From the NCBI GenBank assembly GCA_963719035.1, contig CAVRAO010000002.1, positions 752,198-816,197 of the forward strand: a stretch of 64,000 bases of DNA. Reading direction: 5' to 3'. Below, in pieces: positions 26,800 to 39,324 of the stretch. The stretch is from Methanobacteriota archaeon. GTDB lineage: Archaea; Halobacteriota; Bog-38; Methanoflorentales; Methanoflorentaceae. The notes under the pieces were generated by a model. The model did no database searches. It saw nothing but the letters and a program-made list of their open reading frames with translations, and had not been told where the DNA came from. Positions within the stretch are counted from its first letter, which is position 1. Each line of letters starts with the position of its first letter. The position numbers and the translations under genes are program-made.

Positions 26800-27858
26800 T
26801 GATGATTGTCATTAACCTTAAAGTGGTCTTGTCCCACGAGAATTGTTTGCTTCATCTTAGCGCCCTCTGACAGCCGTATTCGTGCGCTGTGATCGTGAAG
26901 GAGGCCCAAAGCGGCACGGCCCATTGCATCTGGCGCTTGCATTTGTCAGCAAGCCCGTCTGCCCGTGTTTGATTGAGTTTTTATGAACGCAATATTGTAT
27001 CTGATTGTCGGTGTGCCACTTGCATTCGCCTCAGTGATTGTGAGGCCCCACCCTCACGAATTCCCGGCGAAGCAATATGTGTGCGTCTTTGCATGGAGAT
27101 TAGCCTTGAGAGTTTCGTCAACGAAGCCGAAGAACTCTACCGATAATCCATTTGCTAGCCCCTTGAGGTTGTCAATTCTGAACCGCGCCGACGACCCATA
27201 ATTGCGCATCAGGCAGATCCGCTTGGATGAGTCGAAACGCTCTTATAGCGTGATCGACACGGGTCGCTTTCTTTAATAAGCCAACGAAAAGTAGCGTGGG
27301 TCGTTTCTCCTTTGCCGGTATACGCTCTAAAGCATTATTGTCGATACCGATAGGCACCTCGTGTATCGTTTTTATGCCAAGCGCCGATAGATCTCGTTTG
27401 GTCGACGCGCTGATAGTTACGGTCGGCGTGTCATGATACCGCGAGTACCATCGCGGTTCCACTAAGTGATATATGACGTGACCTACACCGGGCGGGAGCA
27501 CCGTTATGTGTTTCTCGCCTATAACTTCAAACACAAGGAAAATCACCGGTTCATGCACGTACGTCGGCGCCAGGAACGGTATGAGGGTATATTCATCGAT
27601 AACAACGTCACATTCGCCCCGAAAATGCTCTTTATAATAGCGTCGCGCGCGCGACCGCACCGTAACATAGTTGCCGATGCGGATCGTGTTGATGCCATCG
27701 ACGATCTCAGTGCGCGCGCTGCCTGCAAAATGTGAGGCGATGAGACTTACTGTGTGACCTTCACTGACCCATCGCTTAGCTACCTCGTGAGTGAAACGTT
27801 GAGCTCCCCCAGCGCTCGGGTGCTTGTGATCTCTCAGATTCAATATGAGGATATTCAC
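26800..27858 (-). CDS. Glycosyltransferase family 4 (C-terminus disrupted)
   Basis: 'ILILNLRDHKHPSAGGAQRFTHE', 'TVTISASTKRDL' and 'LLFVGLLKK'. 3' end approximate. Confidence 0.8.
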
Positions 27859-28545
27859 CGCAGTGCCCCCCAGACACTCACATGCTCGAGCCCAATCGCC
27901 CTTTGGGTTATTCGTATGTTTCAGTACGTCGCGGTGATCAAATACCTTTCCATATAGCACGCCCTCAAATTGTAGCTCTTTAACAAAATTGTTACTTTTT
28001 TACAATTTGATTGCGATTAAAAAGCTAAATATTACTCCTTTATCAAAGCTCCACGATGCAGAATGCTGCGCGTTGCCGCCGAACGCGACTACTTGAAAGA
28101 TTTTTCTGGGTTACGGCTAACACATAGCCTCTGAGACATCATACCATAGGAACCAATACTGTCATGCAACCGCACACGTGCCTGGCTTACAACCACAAAA
28201 CTTGTGTCAAACCAGCTCGTAGGACAAGGAATAGCAAATACGTGAACGGCCGGCCCCGCTTTGGATCTCTTTTTTGAGAGAAGCGATGGTGCTTGAACTC
28301 ACAACGGCGGAACGCAGATCGGGCCCTTCACGGTGCCTCAACGACGATGATAGCTCCCCTACTACCTTCATACGTTTTGCGGACGCCGCAACTAGCGGCG
28401 GGTTAGCCCTCCCGCAATCCACGAACCCCCGCCCAGGTGTGCAACTGCAACCCTCGAGACCCCTTGGAAAGCGTCGAAAAACAAGTTTTATTGCCCATGT
28501 GCAAGGGACGAGTATGGAGCCAAACTGTGTATTGGACACGAAAAA

Positions 28546-29250
28546 ATGGTTAACAAAATGCTGTTTTCAGCTCTATTAACAACCGCAGTGATTCTTTCAA
28601 TGCTAGGCGCACCTAACGTCGCATTCGCACAAGCGTCGGTGAGACCTGCAACACCGACTGCGCAAGTGCCGATGCAATCTGCACCTGCTACCCAAACAAG
28701 TCTCACCATCGCTCGACTTACGGCCACCAACCCCACCCTCTCGATGTTCGCGGGCTTACTCACGAAGGCAAATCTCACGAACACTTTAAACCGCTCCGGC
28801 AACTTTACCGTTTTCGCGCCGACGAACGCTGCTTTTGCGAAGATGCACCCCACCACCCTTGCTGCCCTGGAGAACAACTCAACTGCACTGAAGCAGGTTT
28901 TCAGATACCACATCGTGAAGTCGCGGGTATACGCCATCAACTTCACCGGAAAAGGTAACCTCAACACGCTTGCGGGAGTTAAACTAAATTACTCGGTCAA
29001 TGCAGTGACCGGAATACACGTAGACAATGCGACCGTAACCCAAACGAATATGAACGCAACAAATGGCGTCATTCACCTCATTGATAGCGTGATGATACCA
29101 CCTGCTAAAGCGACAACTACGACGACGACAAAAACGACAGCGACCGCATCGTCGCAGGGAGGGTTCCTTGGTCTGCCGGGTTTCGAGGCGGTGTATGCCG
29201 TAGCAGGGCTTGTCGCTGTTGCGTACTTGGCGCTGCGGCGCAGGAAGTAA
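28546..29250 (+). CDS. Fasciclin (FAS1) domain surface protein with PGF-CTERM sorting signal
   Basis: Signal peptide, 'FTVFAPTNAAF', 'YHIV', 'ATNGVIHLIDSVMIPP', Thr-rich linker, and 'LPGFEAVYAVAGLVAVAYLALRRRK'. Confidence 0.92.
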   Translation: MVNKMLFSALLTTAVILSMLGAPNVAFAQASVRPATPTAQVPMQSAPATQTSLTIARLTATNPTLSMFAGLLTKANLTNTLNRSGNFTVFAPTNAAFAKMHPTTLAALENNSTALKQVFRYHIVKSRVYAINFTGKGNLNTLAGVKLNYSVNAVTGIHVDNATVTQTNMNATNGVIHLIDSVMIPPAKATTTTTTKTTATASSQGGFLGLPGFEAVYAVAGLVAVAYLALRRRK

Positions 29251-29521
29251 CCCCACCGAATCCTGCGCTTGATGGAATGTAAAGTATCACGGCCTAAGCC
29301 ACGTGTCACGTCTTAGTAGGTCCCTTATTGGCTCGCAAACTGATCAAAATAGCAGCGAAGACCGTATTCGCAGCAGAAGGCACTTCCACCGTCCTCTAAA
29401 CGCCTTAATCGCCGACCAGAGACGCGGGTCAAAAAAGCTAGCCGCGCTCCCGATTTCCCGTTTATGCAGGTAGTAGAGCCTCTCGATAATGAGCCCAATA
29501 ATGACGGTGCCCACTCCTCGT

Positions 29522-30010
29522 TTAATCAGCGTGGCGTGCCCGTTTTCGTCCGTTGCCACTATCAGCGGACTCAAGCAACAGCGTGGTATCGCCCCCGGGC
29601 CACAGTTCGGGGAAGGAGGGCGCCGTTCTCGAGGCCTTCGCGTCGCGGAGCTGTTGCTCGCTGCGGATGTGGGGCTCAGCGAACTCCCTGGCAAGCTCAG
29701 CGCGCGTCTTCAGTTCCAGCTCCACGAGCTTCGCCGTCGGGACATCAGAAAAGTCACGTTTGTCCAGCTCACCCGTGATGTGCTCGAGCCTCGCGCTCAG
29801 GCGCTCGATGCGTGCTTGCGTCGTCATCCAGCAGGCCTCGCGCAACGCGTCGAGTTCCATCGCCTTCATGTCTTCGACTTCCTCTATGTGCTCACTAAGC
29901 CAATTCGCCACCGTCTGTCTCCGAACGCCGACGGTGTCCGCGATCGTCGCAAGTGATTTTCCCTGCGCCCGCAGTTTGAAGCACGTGAGCTTTGTCTCTG
30001 TGTCCTTCAT
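29522..30010 (-). CDS. Helix-turn-helix domain protein
   Basis: 'LRAQGKSLATIADTVGVRRQTVANW' HTH followed by a coiled coil. Confidence 0.75.
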   Translation of the reverse strand: MKDTETKLTCFKLRAQGKSLATIADTVGVRRQTVANWLSEHIEEVEDMKAMELDALREACWMTTQARIERLSARLEHITGELDKRDFSDVPTAKLVELELKTRAELAREFAEPHIRSEQQLRDAKASRTAPSFPELWPGGDTTLLLESADSGNGRKRARHAD

Positions 30011-30747
30011 CGTTCACTCCGCTCGCTGTCTGCACGGGAGTGGATCGCGTCCTTGAGCCACGACGCTGGGGTAGAATAATATCCCGTGGCGGGTCTGGTA
30101 ATACGGGATGCGGCATCGTCGTTATCGATGAATGCTCGTCTAAGAGCGTCCGGCCGGGTGTTGATCATGTACCGTCTTTACCTCCTTCGAGCAGTGGACA
30201 AGCACTCGGTCATGCCGTGCACGTTCGGCCCGCTTCATAAGATTGAGATCTCTGTGGTCGTGGCCCACGTGCTCATCTAGCGATCGACGTTTTTTACGTC
30301 GCTCTCATTCACCGCCTGCTGCCGGAGGCGTATGGTGCCAAACACGTCGCCACGATACGCCGGTCGAGTTTCTCAGAGCACTGCTCCATTTTTTTTTCAT
30401 GTCGTATTTATCAGGGAAAGATACCAAGCTTTCTCGTGCAGAGCGAAAGTAATCGTGCATTCCGCCCTACCTCGTTATACACATCCGTGCACGGCGTCAA
30501 CGCCCGGGCGCGCCGATAGCTGTGCGCTGAGACTATTACATACACGTCCCCCGTTGTTGAGAGCCCCAACAAACGACTAATAATAATTATTATCTAATTA
30601 AATTTATAAAAATATATAAATAATAGATACGATGCTTCCCATGGACGCGAACGCAAAAAACGCGAAAAAGCCGCGTTCCGGGCTTCGTGCGCTGCTCGTC
30701 CCCACTTCACGATCGCACGTCCCATCCGAGGCACGCATGTGGTCAAC

Positions 30748-30791
30748 TTTTGGTGCGCTTTTGGTGCGGTTTTGGTGCGCTTTTGGTGCGG
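30748..30791. repeat. 4 x 11-bp tandem repeat TTTTGGTGCG(C/G)
   Basis: TTTTGGTGCGC TTTTGGTGCGG TTTTGGTGCGC TTTTGGTGCGG, followed by a T-run. Confidence 0.9.
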
Positions 30792-31454
30792 TTTTTTTTT
30801 ACTCGTCAGGTATCACGCCGGTTGACGGGTCTCCCACGACGCATAGCCAGATAAACCCTTATCCCAAGCTAACGCGTCGTGGTATGTTTGGCATCAGGAC
30901 CCAATGAGCTAGATATCCGCTTCGGCTCGTTCACGTTTCGCAACGTTTTATGACGGCGACGCTCACTATTCGTCGCCCGAGTCCATTGCGAGAGCGCCAG
31001 GCCACAGCGGGAGGTGTGAGAGATGAGAGCGCTTACCACGGCAATCGCGATCATACTGCTGCGTATATGGCGATATTCAGCGCGTACTACCAAGTCCTTC
31101 ACGTGCTCAGTTACCTTCAGAGCCGCGGCAACAAGCTCGCGGGACCGCGGTTAGAACGCGTAGTCGCTTGTGCCATCGGTCAGCGACCCGACAGAAGGGA
31201 ATAACAGCGAGTTTGTGTTTGATATATCTAATTGATTTTATAAAATATTTGACATAATAAAAGCTAGCTGGCAGACAGTCGCTCGATCAAGTGCATCTCG
31301 AGTATGAAATTCAAAAAAACGAAGCGGTTGATCGGTAACGCCCGTCAGAACCGCGAATGCACAGATTTGTCAGTGGCGCGCGCACTAATCGCGCAAATAA
31401 GCAAAATGCAACTCTATACTACTGGCAGAGCTCCGTGCAATCTACACAACTCTC

Positions 31455-31494
31455 AGCACGCGTACAAAAATCACCTTTAAACTGTACGCGTGCT
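31455..31494 (-). terminator. 12-bp perfect inverted repeat downstream of the Cys-rich peptide gene
   Basis: AGCACGCGTACA-N16-TGTACGCGTGCT, 40 bp past the stop at 31534. Terminator role is inferred. Confidence 0.4.
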
Positions 31495-31533
31495 CCAGCA
31501 TAAGCGCTAGCTGTTATCGTCTTAAAGCCTGCG

Positions 31534-31818
31534 TTACGACACCCAGATCCAGCCCTGATTATAGGGATCCCAGGCGCAGTGGCCGCACGAGGTCACAACA
31601 CTGGACGCCACTGCACAACAGGCTGTTGTGGGGCATGCGGTCGGACACGTCACGGGGCACGGACAGCAGCAGCACGATGAGGTGGTGCAGCTCGTGCACT
31701 GAGCGCTCGTGGTCGATGGACAGGTCGTCGTCGCAGCACATTGAGCTGACACGTTCATCGCCGTGAACAGCGAAAGGGCTACGAATAGCGCCAATACCGA
31801 AACGACTACTTTTTTCAT
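31534..31818 (-). CDS. Small secreted Cys/Thr/Ser-rich protein (94 aa, 15 Cys)
   Basis: Signal peptide 'MKKVVVSVLALFVALSLFTAMNVSA', AGGAG upstream, mature part 'QCAATTTCPSTTSAQCTSCTTSSCCCCPCPVTCPTACPTTACC...'. Confidence 0.75.
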   Translation of the reverse strand: MKKVVVSVLALFVALSLFTAMNVSAQCAATTTCPSTTSAQCTSCTTSSCCCCPCPVTCPTACPTTACCAVASSVVTSCGHCAWDPYNQGWIWVS

Positions 31819-32326
31819 ATTCTTTTCTCCTATTTCATGCGCTTGATGTGTTTCCGTTGGCATCAAGCCCATCCAATCATTCGAGCAATGTATTTGTGCG
31901 GTCGGCGCTCATTCACGCGACGATTACTAGAGAGAGTGCAAACTCCGTTAACTTAGATTACCTATTAGTCTGAGCGTCGATATATATACTTTGCTAACTT
32001 CTACGCGAAGACGCAAGATTTCATCGGGTGACAAGCCTTGCAACGAAAGCGCCACCTCACCGAAGAACTAGCTGCGCTGCGTTCCCTCTGGTTCGCTTGC
32101 CTCTTCGCTCGCATCGATGTCCCCCGCTGCGTTGGTCCAGTCTACATTTAAGTCTTCACAGGTGTACCAGATCAGGTGGTGGCCCAGGGGCCTTGTAACA
32201 CCCCATCCTGAGCGGCGTTCGGAGGCAATGAATTCATGCCTGCCGTTAAAACATCAGAGCGCTAACGCGTTTAAGCGCAGTGGCATTTTTACGCGTGCGA
32301 TTGCTTAGCTCGTAGCGCTCCGACTC

Positions 32327-32581
32327 TTACGTCTTTTGCGCTTCAATTTGGCCGTGCTCGGTCGAACATTTTTTCATCGCGCGCATAAACCCAACGCCCC
32401 AGTGAAACACACAGAGCTCTTCACCATTTGCCGACTTTGATTTCTTGAAATCGGTCAGATTCTGATCTTCAAAGTAACGCTCGCACTCTACGTGATGGAG
32501 GCAGCTCTTTTCAATGCATTTGCGCGTCATAATCTCAACTAACTGTGGTTCCATCTGCCTAAATATTTTCGTCTCAGGCAC
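32327..32581 (-). CDS. Hypothetical small protein with Cys motifs
   Basis: 84-aa ORF with 'KCIEKSCLHHVECERY...LCVF'; family not recognised. Confidence 0.4.
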   Translation of the reverse strand: MPETKIFRQMEPQLVEIMTRKCIEKSCLHHVECERYFEDQNLTDFKKSKSANGEELCVFHWGVGFMRAMKKCSTEHGQIEAQKT

Positions 32582-32814
32582 CCTACAACAAGCGTAAACA
32601 AACGGCGCTGGCCCAGAGTGCTACTTAAATAGGTTAAACGACACGCTGGTGCAGGTTGACTCAGCATATTCAGAGCCACATTTTCGCAGGAGCACGCGTG
32701 AGCACAAACAGAAGACAAAGCATATTATCTGGCGACTTTCATGCAACGACGCGACACTATTCCTGCTTACTGTTCAATTGAAGATGATTTGTTGTAATTT
32801 CGCAAGGAGCTAAG

Positions 32815-34509
<1,695 letters not shown>

Positions 34510-34514
34510 CCGGT

Positions 34515-35090
34515 GTGACCGATGCGGTGCGCGACCTGACGCGGCACTATGAGGCCGTAGCTAGAAACGAGAAGATGGCTGCGGACGGGCTTCCAGAGCA
34601 AAGCCCAGGCCTTCGCCGGAGACGACATGGTGCCGAAGTCGAAGACCGCAGGCGTATGTGGGCAGAGGCTCGCGCTGCCGCTCATGCGGAAGTGAAGCGC
34701 TGTCAGGACGCGATGGAGGCGACGCTGAAGGTGCTCGACGCCACTCTGCAGGTCGCGGCTCTGCAGAAGCTCGACAAGAAGAGAGAGAGCGCGGCAAAGG
34801 AAGAGGTCATTCTGATCATAGGCGCCAGCTCTGAGCTCGCGCTGACTATCCTCGAGCTCGCGCAGCGCGACGATGACATCGCCGCGGTCGTCACCAACGG
34901 TACCTGGCCCGAGTTCCTGCTGCGCTCCAAGGGCATCGGCGTGCAGCAGGCCAAGGACGCCGCCCAGCAGGCCGCCGGGTCGCGGCGGCGGCGGCAGCCA
35001 CGTCGGCCGACCCGGTACGCCGCGCTGTCGGCGAAGCGATCAAGACGCTGGGCCCCGCGCTCGGCGGCGGCGGCGCCACCTACACCCTGA
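34515..35090 (+). CDS. Hypothetical alpha-helical protein of the element (5' part lost in the converted tract)
   Basis: Ala/Glu/Arg-rich ORF; upstream in-frame TAG at 34503 is probably CAG. Confidence 0.55.
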   Translation: MTDAVRDLTRHYEAVARNEKMAADGLPEQSPGLRRRRHGAEVEDRRRMWAEARAAAHAEVKRCQDAMEATLKVLDATLQVAALQKLDKKRESAAKEEVILIIGASSELALTILELAQRDDDIAAVVTNGTWPEFLLRSKGIGVQQAKDAAQQAAGSRRRRQPRRPTRYAALSAKRSRRWAPRSAAAAPPTP

Positions 35091-35193
35091 CTCGGTTTGC
35101 CCTGGAGCACGCCGATGATGAGGCAGCGGCGCTTGGAGGCCTGGTCAGCGGCGATGGCGCCGGCGCGCAGTAGAACGGGAACGGCGACGGGTC

Positions 35194-37629
35194 GTGAACA
35201 CCGTCGCCATACAGACCATCCCGGCAGAGCTGCGCAAGCTCCGGAACTGGGTGCTGTGGCGGCTTGAGCCGGACGAGAAGGGCAAATAGACCAAGATGCC
35301 GTACCAGGTCGCCCACCCCGACCGCAAAGCCGCGAGTACGAGGGCCGCGACCTGGGCGACGTTCGACGATGCCGTGGCCGCGTTCGAGGACGGCCATGGT
35401 GACGGCATCGGCTTCGTGGTCACCGGAACGAAGTACGCCGGCGTGATCTCGACGATGTAGTTCTCGAGACGGGCGAAGTATACTGCCCGAGGCCGCTGAC
35501 ATCATCGCGGTGTTCGACACGTACACGGAGTTGAGCCAGTCGGGTAGAGGCGCGCACATCATCTTCGCCGGCGAGATGCCGGGGAAGAGCCGCAAGGTGC
35601 CCGGCGGCGAAGGCTGGGACATCGAGGCGTACTCGACCGGCCGCTACTTCTGCATGACCGGCAACGTCATCGGGCAGCACCACGACCTCCGCGATCGCCA
35701 GGAGGAGCTCGACTCCCTGCTGGCGACGTACTTCGCGAAGAAGCCCAAGGGCAGCAACGGCAACGGCGGCTTACTGCCTCGGACCGTGACCGCCGTGACC
35801 GCCAGCGACGCCCAACGAATCGAGATGATGATGGGCTCGCAGGACGGGAAGTTCGCCCGCGTCTGGGGCGGCGCCTGGGAGGGTGAGTTCACCAGCCAGA
35901 GCGAGGCCGACCTGTGGCTGTGCGGGCGGCTGTGCTTCTACACCTGGCAGGACACCGCCCGCATGGACGGCCTGTTCCGTTGTCAGGGCTCATGAGCGAG
36001 AAGTGGGACGAGCTGCACGGCGACAAGAGCTACGGCGCCGGCACGATCGAGAAAGCGATCAGCGGTCACACCGGGGGGTTCTACAAGGGCAAGCTCACCG
36101 CACCGCCCGAGCTCGAGGTAGACGGTATTCCTGGGGAAGTCTTGCAAGAGACTGCGGCACCCGTCGCGATCCCCGAGCGCCCGGAAAAGGCGGCAAAGAC
36201 GCCACCCCAGGACAACGCCCCGGCGGCAGAGCCCTTCCACCTGACGGAGCTGGGCAACGCCGAGCGCCTGGCCGCCCGCCACAGGGGCCGTGTGTACGCC
36301 GTGCGCGGCATCGGGGAGCTACGCGGCTATGACCCCAAGCGTGGCATCTACACGACCGAGAACGGCCTCCTGCTGCGCTACGCGAAGGATGTGGTGCGCA
36401 GATCTACGCCGAGACGAAAGACTTCCCCAGCGACTCTGAATCGCACGTGAAAAAGCGCAAGGACATCGCCGCCCACGCCGCCCGCAGTGAGTCGAAACGG
36501 GCCCTCGAGGCGATGCTCGGCCTGGCCCACTCGATGGTGGAGCTCGAGGCCGAGGCCGAGGACTTCGACGCGAACCCCGAGCTGCTCAACGCTCAGAGTC
36601 ACGTGGTCGACCTCTCGAGCGGCGACGCACATCCGCACGATGCCAAGTACCGCATGACGAAGATAGGTCGTGTGCGGCTACACGCCCGGCGCCGCGACGC
36701 CGATGTGGGACGCCTTCCTGGCGCGCATCTTCGACGGCGACCTGGAGACCGATCGACTTCATACAGCGCCTCTTCGGCTACGCCCTCACCGGCTACATCG
36801 GCGAGCAGATTCTTCGTGAATTTCCACGGCGCCGGCGCGAACGGCAAGAGTGTGCTCGTCGACGTGATGCAGGCCGCCATGGGCGACTACGCCGGCGTGG
36901 CGGCGCTGAAGACGTTCCTGCGGCACGGAGTCGAGCGCCGTGCGCACCGACCTGGCGACGCTCAACGGCCGCCGGCTGGTATCCACGAGTGAATCCGAAC
37001 CGGGCAAGCTGATCGACGCCGCCACCATCAAGGTACTGACCAGCAAGCACGTCACCTGCCGGTTCAACTACGCGCGCGGCGAGACCACGTACACGCCACA
37101 GTACCTCGTCATCCTGGACACCAACTTCAAGCCGCAGGTGCAGTGCGACGACTACGCGATAAAGCGCCGTGTGCTGCTGGTCCCGTTCGACGGTGCTGAT
37201 CCCGAGCGCCGAGCAGGACAAGAAGCTCACCGAGAAGCTCATCGAGACCGAGCTCCCCGGCATCCTCGCCTGGGCGGTGGCCGGCGCGTCGACTACCTGA
37301 GGAACGGGCTGCGCATCCCCGACAAGGTGCGCGCCGCCACCGACGCCTACCGCTGCGAGATGGACGCGCTCCACGACTTCTGGAACAAGACACTGACCTT
37401 CGACAACCCCACGGCGCGCACCAGCGCGCAGACGCTACGCGAGACGCTGGAGGAGTGGGGCCGGGAGAACGGCATCGACAAGGACGACCTGCCGAAGGGC
37501 ACCGAGTGGGGCCGGCAACTGCGTGAGCGCGGCGCCGAATCGTGCAAGATCCGGGTCGGTTCAAAGACCATGGCGGCCTGGCGAGGCGTTGAAATCGTCG
37601 GTTCTGACGTACAGGAAGAGCTCGAATGA
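35194..37629 (+). CDS. NrS-1-like primase-polymerase fused to D5/P4-type SF3 helicase (frameshifted; in-frame TAG at 35287)
   Basis: 'IPAELRKLRNWVLWR', 'TWATFDDA', 'GIGFV', 'TYTELSQSGRGAHI', 'IEAYSTGRYFCMTG', 'SQSEADLWLC..L.FYT', 'LTELGNAERL', Walker A 'GAGANGKS', 'DTNFKP...DYAIKRRVLLVPF'. Confidence 0.88.
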
Positions 37630-37648
37630 CACCCGCCAGGCGCAAAAT

Positions 37649-37763
37649 GTTACCTCCCTCTAGGCTCGCGTTACCGACGTTACCTCTCCCCAGGTAACTT
37701 TGCTCCATATACCCCTCTACGCGGGAAGTCTTGGATGAGAGGTAACAGAGGTAACGAGGTAAC
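37649..37763. repeat. Iteron-like cluster GTTACC x3 / GGTAAC x4 (candidate element origin)
   Basis: GTTACC at 37649, 37670, 37679; GGTAAC at 37693, 37741, 37750, 37758; directly after the primase stop. Confidence 0.7.
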
Positions 37764-38032
37764 AGACGGGCGACCTCTGGCAGTGCGTCAGATCCTCACG
37801 TGCTTGCAGCGTGAGCACTGCCACGGCAACGGTGGCTGTCCGTACCAGGGCAGGTGCAACGGTGGGCCGGCTGAGTCGCTTGGAGTGACGCACGCGCTGA
37901 TCGCGTACATCGAGGAGCTCGAGCGTGAGGCGTGCTCGTGTGAGGCAGGGTGCTCTTGCGTTCCTCGGAACGAAATAGCGTTCCGTGAGCGTTCCACATG
38001 AGCGCTCGAGACCGTATACGCTCGAACGAGAG

Positions 38033-38061
38033 TTTACAACGGTGCGTAATCAGGGTACAAT
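38033..38061 (+). promoter_or_regulatory. Bacterial sigma70-like promoter upstream of the serine recombinase
   Basis: TTTACA-N17-TACAAT, 35 bp before ATG 38097. Confidence 0.55.
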
Positions 38062-38096
38062 TCCCCCACGATATACAGACGATACAGGGGGACACG

Positions 38097-38836
38097 ATGA
38101 CACGCCGGCACACCACACCTGACACTGCTGCGAGTGGTCCCGCCGTACTCTACGTCCGCGTGAGCACTGACGAGCAGGCGCGTACCGGCGTGAGTCTGGA
38201 CGCGCAAGAGGAACGGCTGCGTGCGTACTGTACGATGCGCGGTCTGCCCGTCGTCACCGTGATCCGCGAAGAGGGCGTGTCGGCATCCAAGCCGCTGGCC
38301 AAGCGACCGGGCGGCGCACGCCTGCTCGGCATGATCGCTGCGGGCACCGTCACCAACGTCGTCGCCCTCAAACTGGACCGCCTGTTCCGCGACCTGGTAG
38401 ACACGATGACCACGGTCAACGCTTGGGACCGGGCCGGCGTTGGCCTCCACCTGGTCGACTTCGGCGGCAACGCGGTCGACGTCGGCACCGCGGTCGGCCG
38501 CCTGATGCTCGGCACGATCGCGGGCATCGCCCAGTTCGAGCGCGACGTCATCAGCGAGCGCACCGTCGCCGCCCTCGCCTACAAGCGCGACCACGGGCGC
38601 GCGTCCGGCACCGTGCCCTACGGCTACACCCGCGACGGCGACAACGTGGTGCCCGTCCCCGCCGAGCAGGCCACCATCGCCCAGGTGCAGGAGTGGCACG
38701 CCGCTGGTGACTCCCTGCGCAAGATCGCTGCCCGCCTCACCGCCGCCGGCACCCCACCAAGAACGGCGGCAAGTGGTGGCCGCGCACGGTGTCTTTGCTC
38801 CTGGACGATGACCTCGAGCACGCGAAGGAGAGCTGA
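38097..38836 (+). CDS. Serine recombinase (resolvase domain plus short recombinase domain; frameshift near 38755)
   Basis: 'LYVRVSTDEQ...SLDAQ', 'EEGVSAS...RPG', 'KLDRLFR', 'IAQFERDVISERT', 'PYGY', 'GTPTKNGGKW'. Confidence 0.92.
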
Positions 38837-38838
38837 CC

Positions 38839-39324
38839 ATGCCCAAGTGTGCCTGCTGCACCCACCCCAAGCTCGCCGACATCGACGCCGCCTGCGTCGC
38901 CGGCGAGTCCATCCGCACGATCGGCGAACGCTACGGCATGAGCCACACGGCCGTGCGGCGCCACAAGCGCGACCACATCAGCTCCGCCCTCGTCACCATG
39001 GCCGCTGCCGAGCGCGACAAGTCGGCGCTGGCCCGCGTGGAGCACCTGATCGAGCGCATGGAGCACCAGCTCGACCACGCCGAGGCGGCCGGGCAGGCTG
39101 GTATCGCCCTCGCCGCCGGCGCGATGATCTGCGCCAACATCGAACTTTTGGCGAAGCTAACGCACGAGCTCGACACGCGGCCTCAACAGGTGACCGTCAA
39201 CCTCATGACGTCTGAGGCGTACCTCGCTCTTCGCTCCGACCTCATGACCCGCCTCGAGCGCTGGCCCGAAGCCCGCGCCGATGTCATAGAAGGCGTGCTC
39301 GAGCTCGAGGCGCGCTACTCGTGA
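38839..39324 (+). CDS. HTH protein, putative terminase small subunit
   Basis: 'CACCTHP...ID.A...GESIRTIGERYGMSHTAVRRH..H'; AAGGAG RBS; its stop overlaps the TerL-ATPase start (GTGA). Confidence 0.6.
   Translation: MPKCACCTHPKLADIDAACVAGESIRTIGERYGMSHTAVRRHKRDHISSALVTMAAAERDKSALARVEHLIERMEHQLDHAEAAGQAGIALAAGAMICANIELLAKLTHELDTRPQQVTVNLMTSEAYLALRSDLMTRLERWPEARADVIEGVLELEARYS

Noticed and set aside
35287-35289. Pyrrolysine or recoded amber codon
   Set aside because: A single instance at a variable position of a foreign gene, no pyl genes in the window, and host genes here use TAG as a stop.
38097-38836. IS607-family transposase, or the enzyme responsible for this insertion
   Set aside because: No N-terminal MerR-like HTH and no tnpB. 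The gene is internal, and a junction with a poly(A) tract is not a conservative serine-recombinase product.
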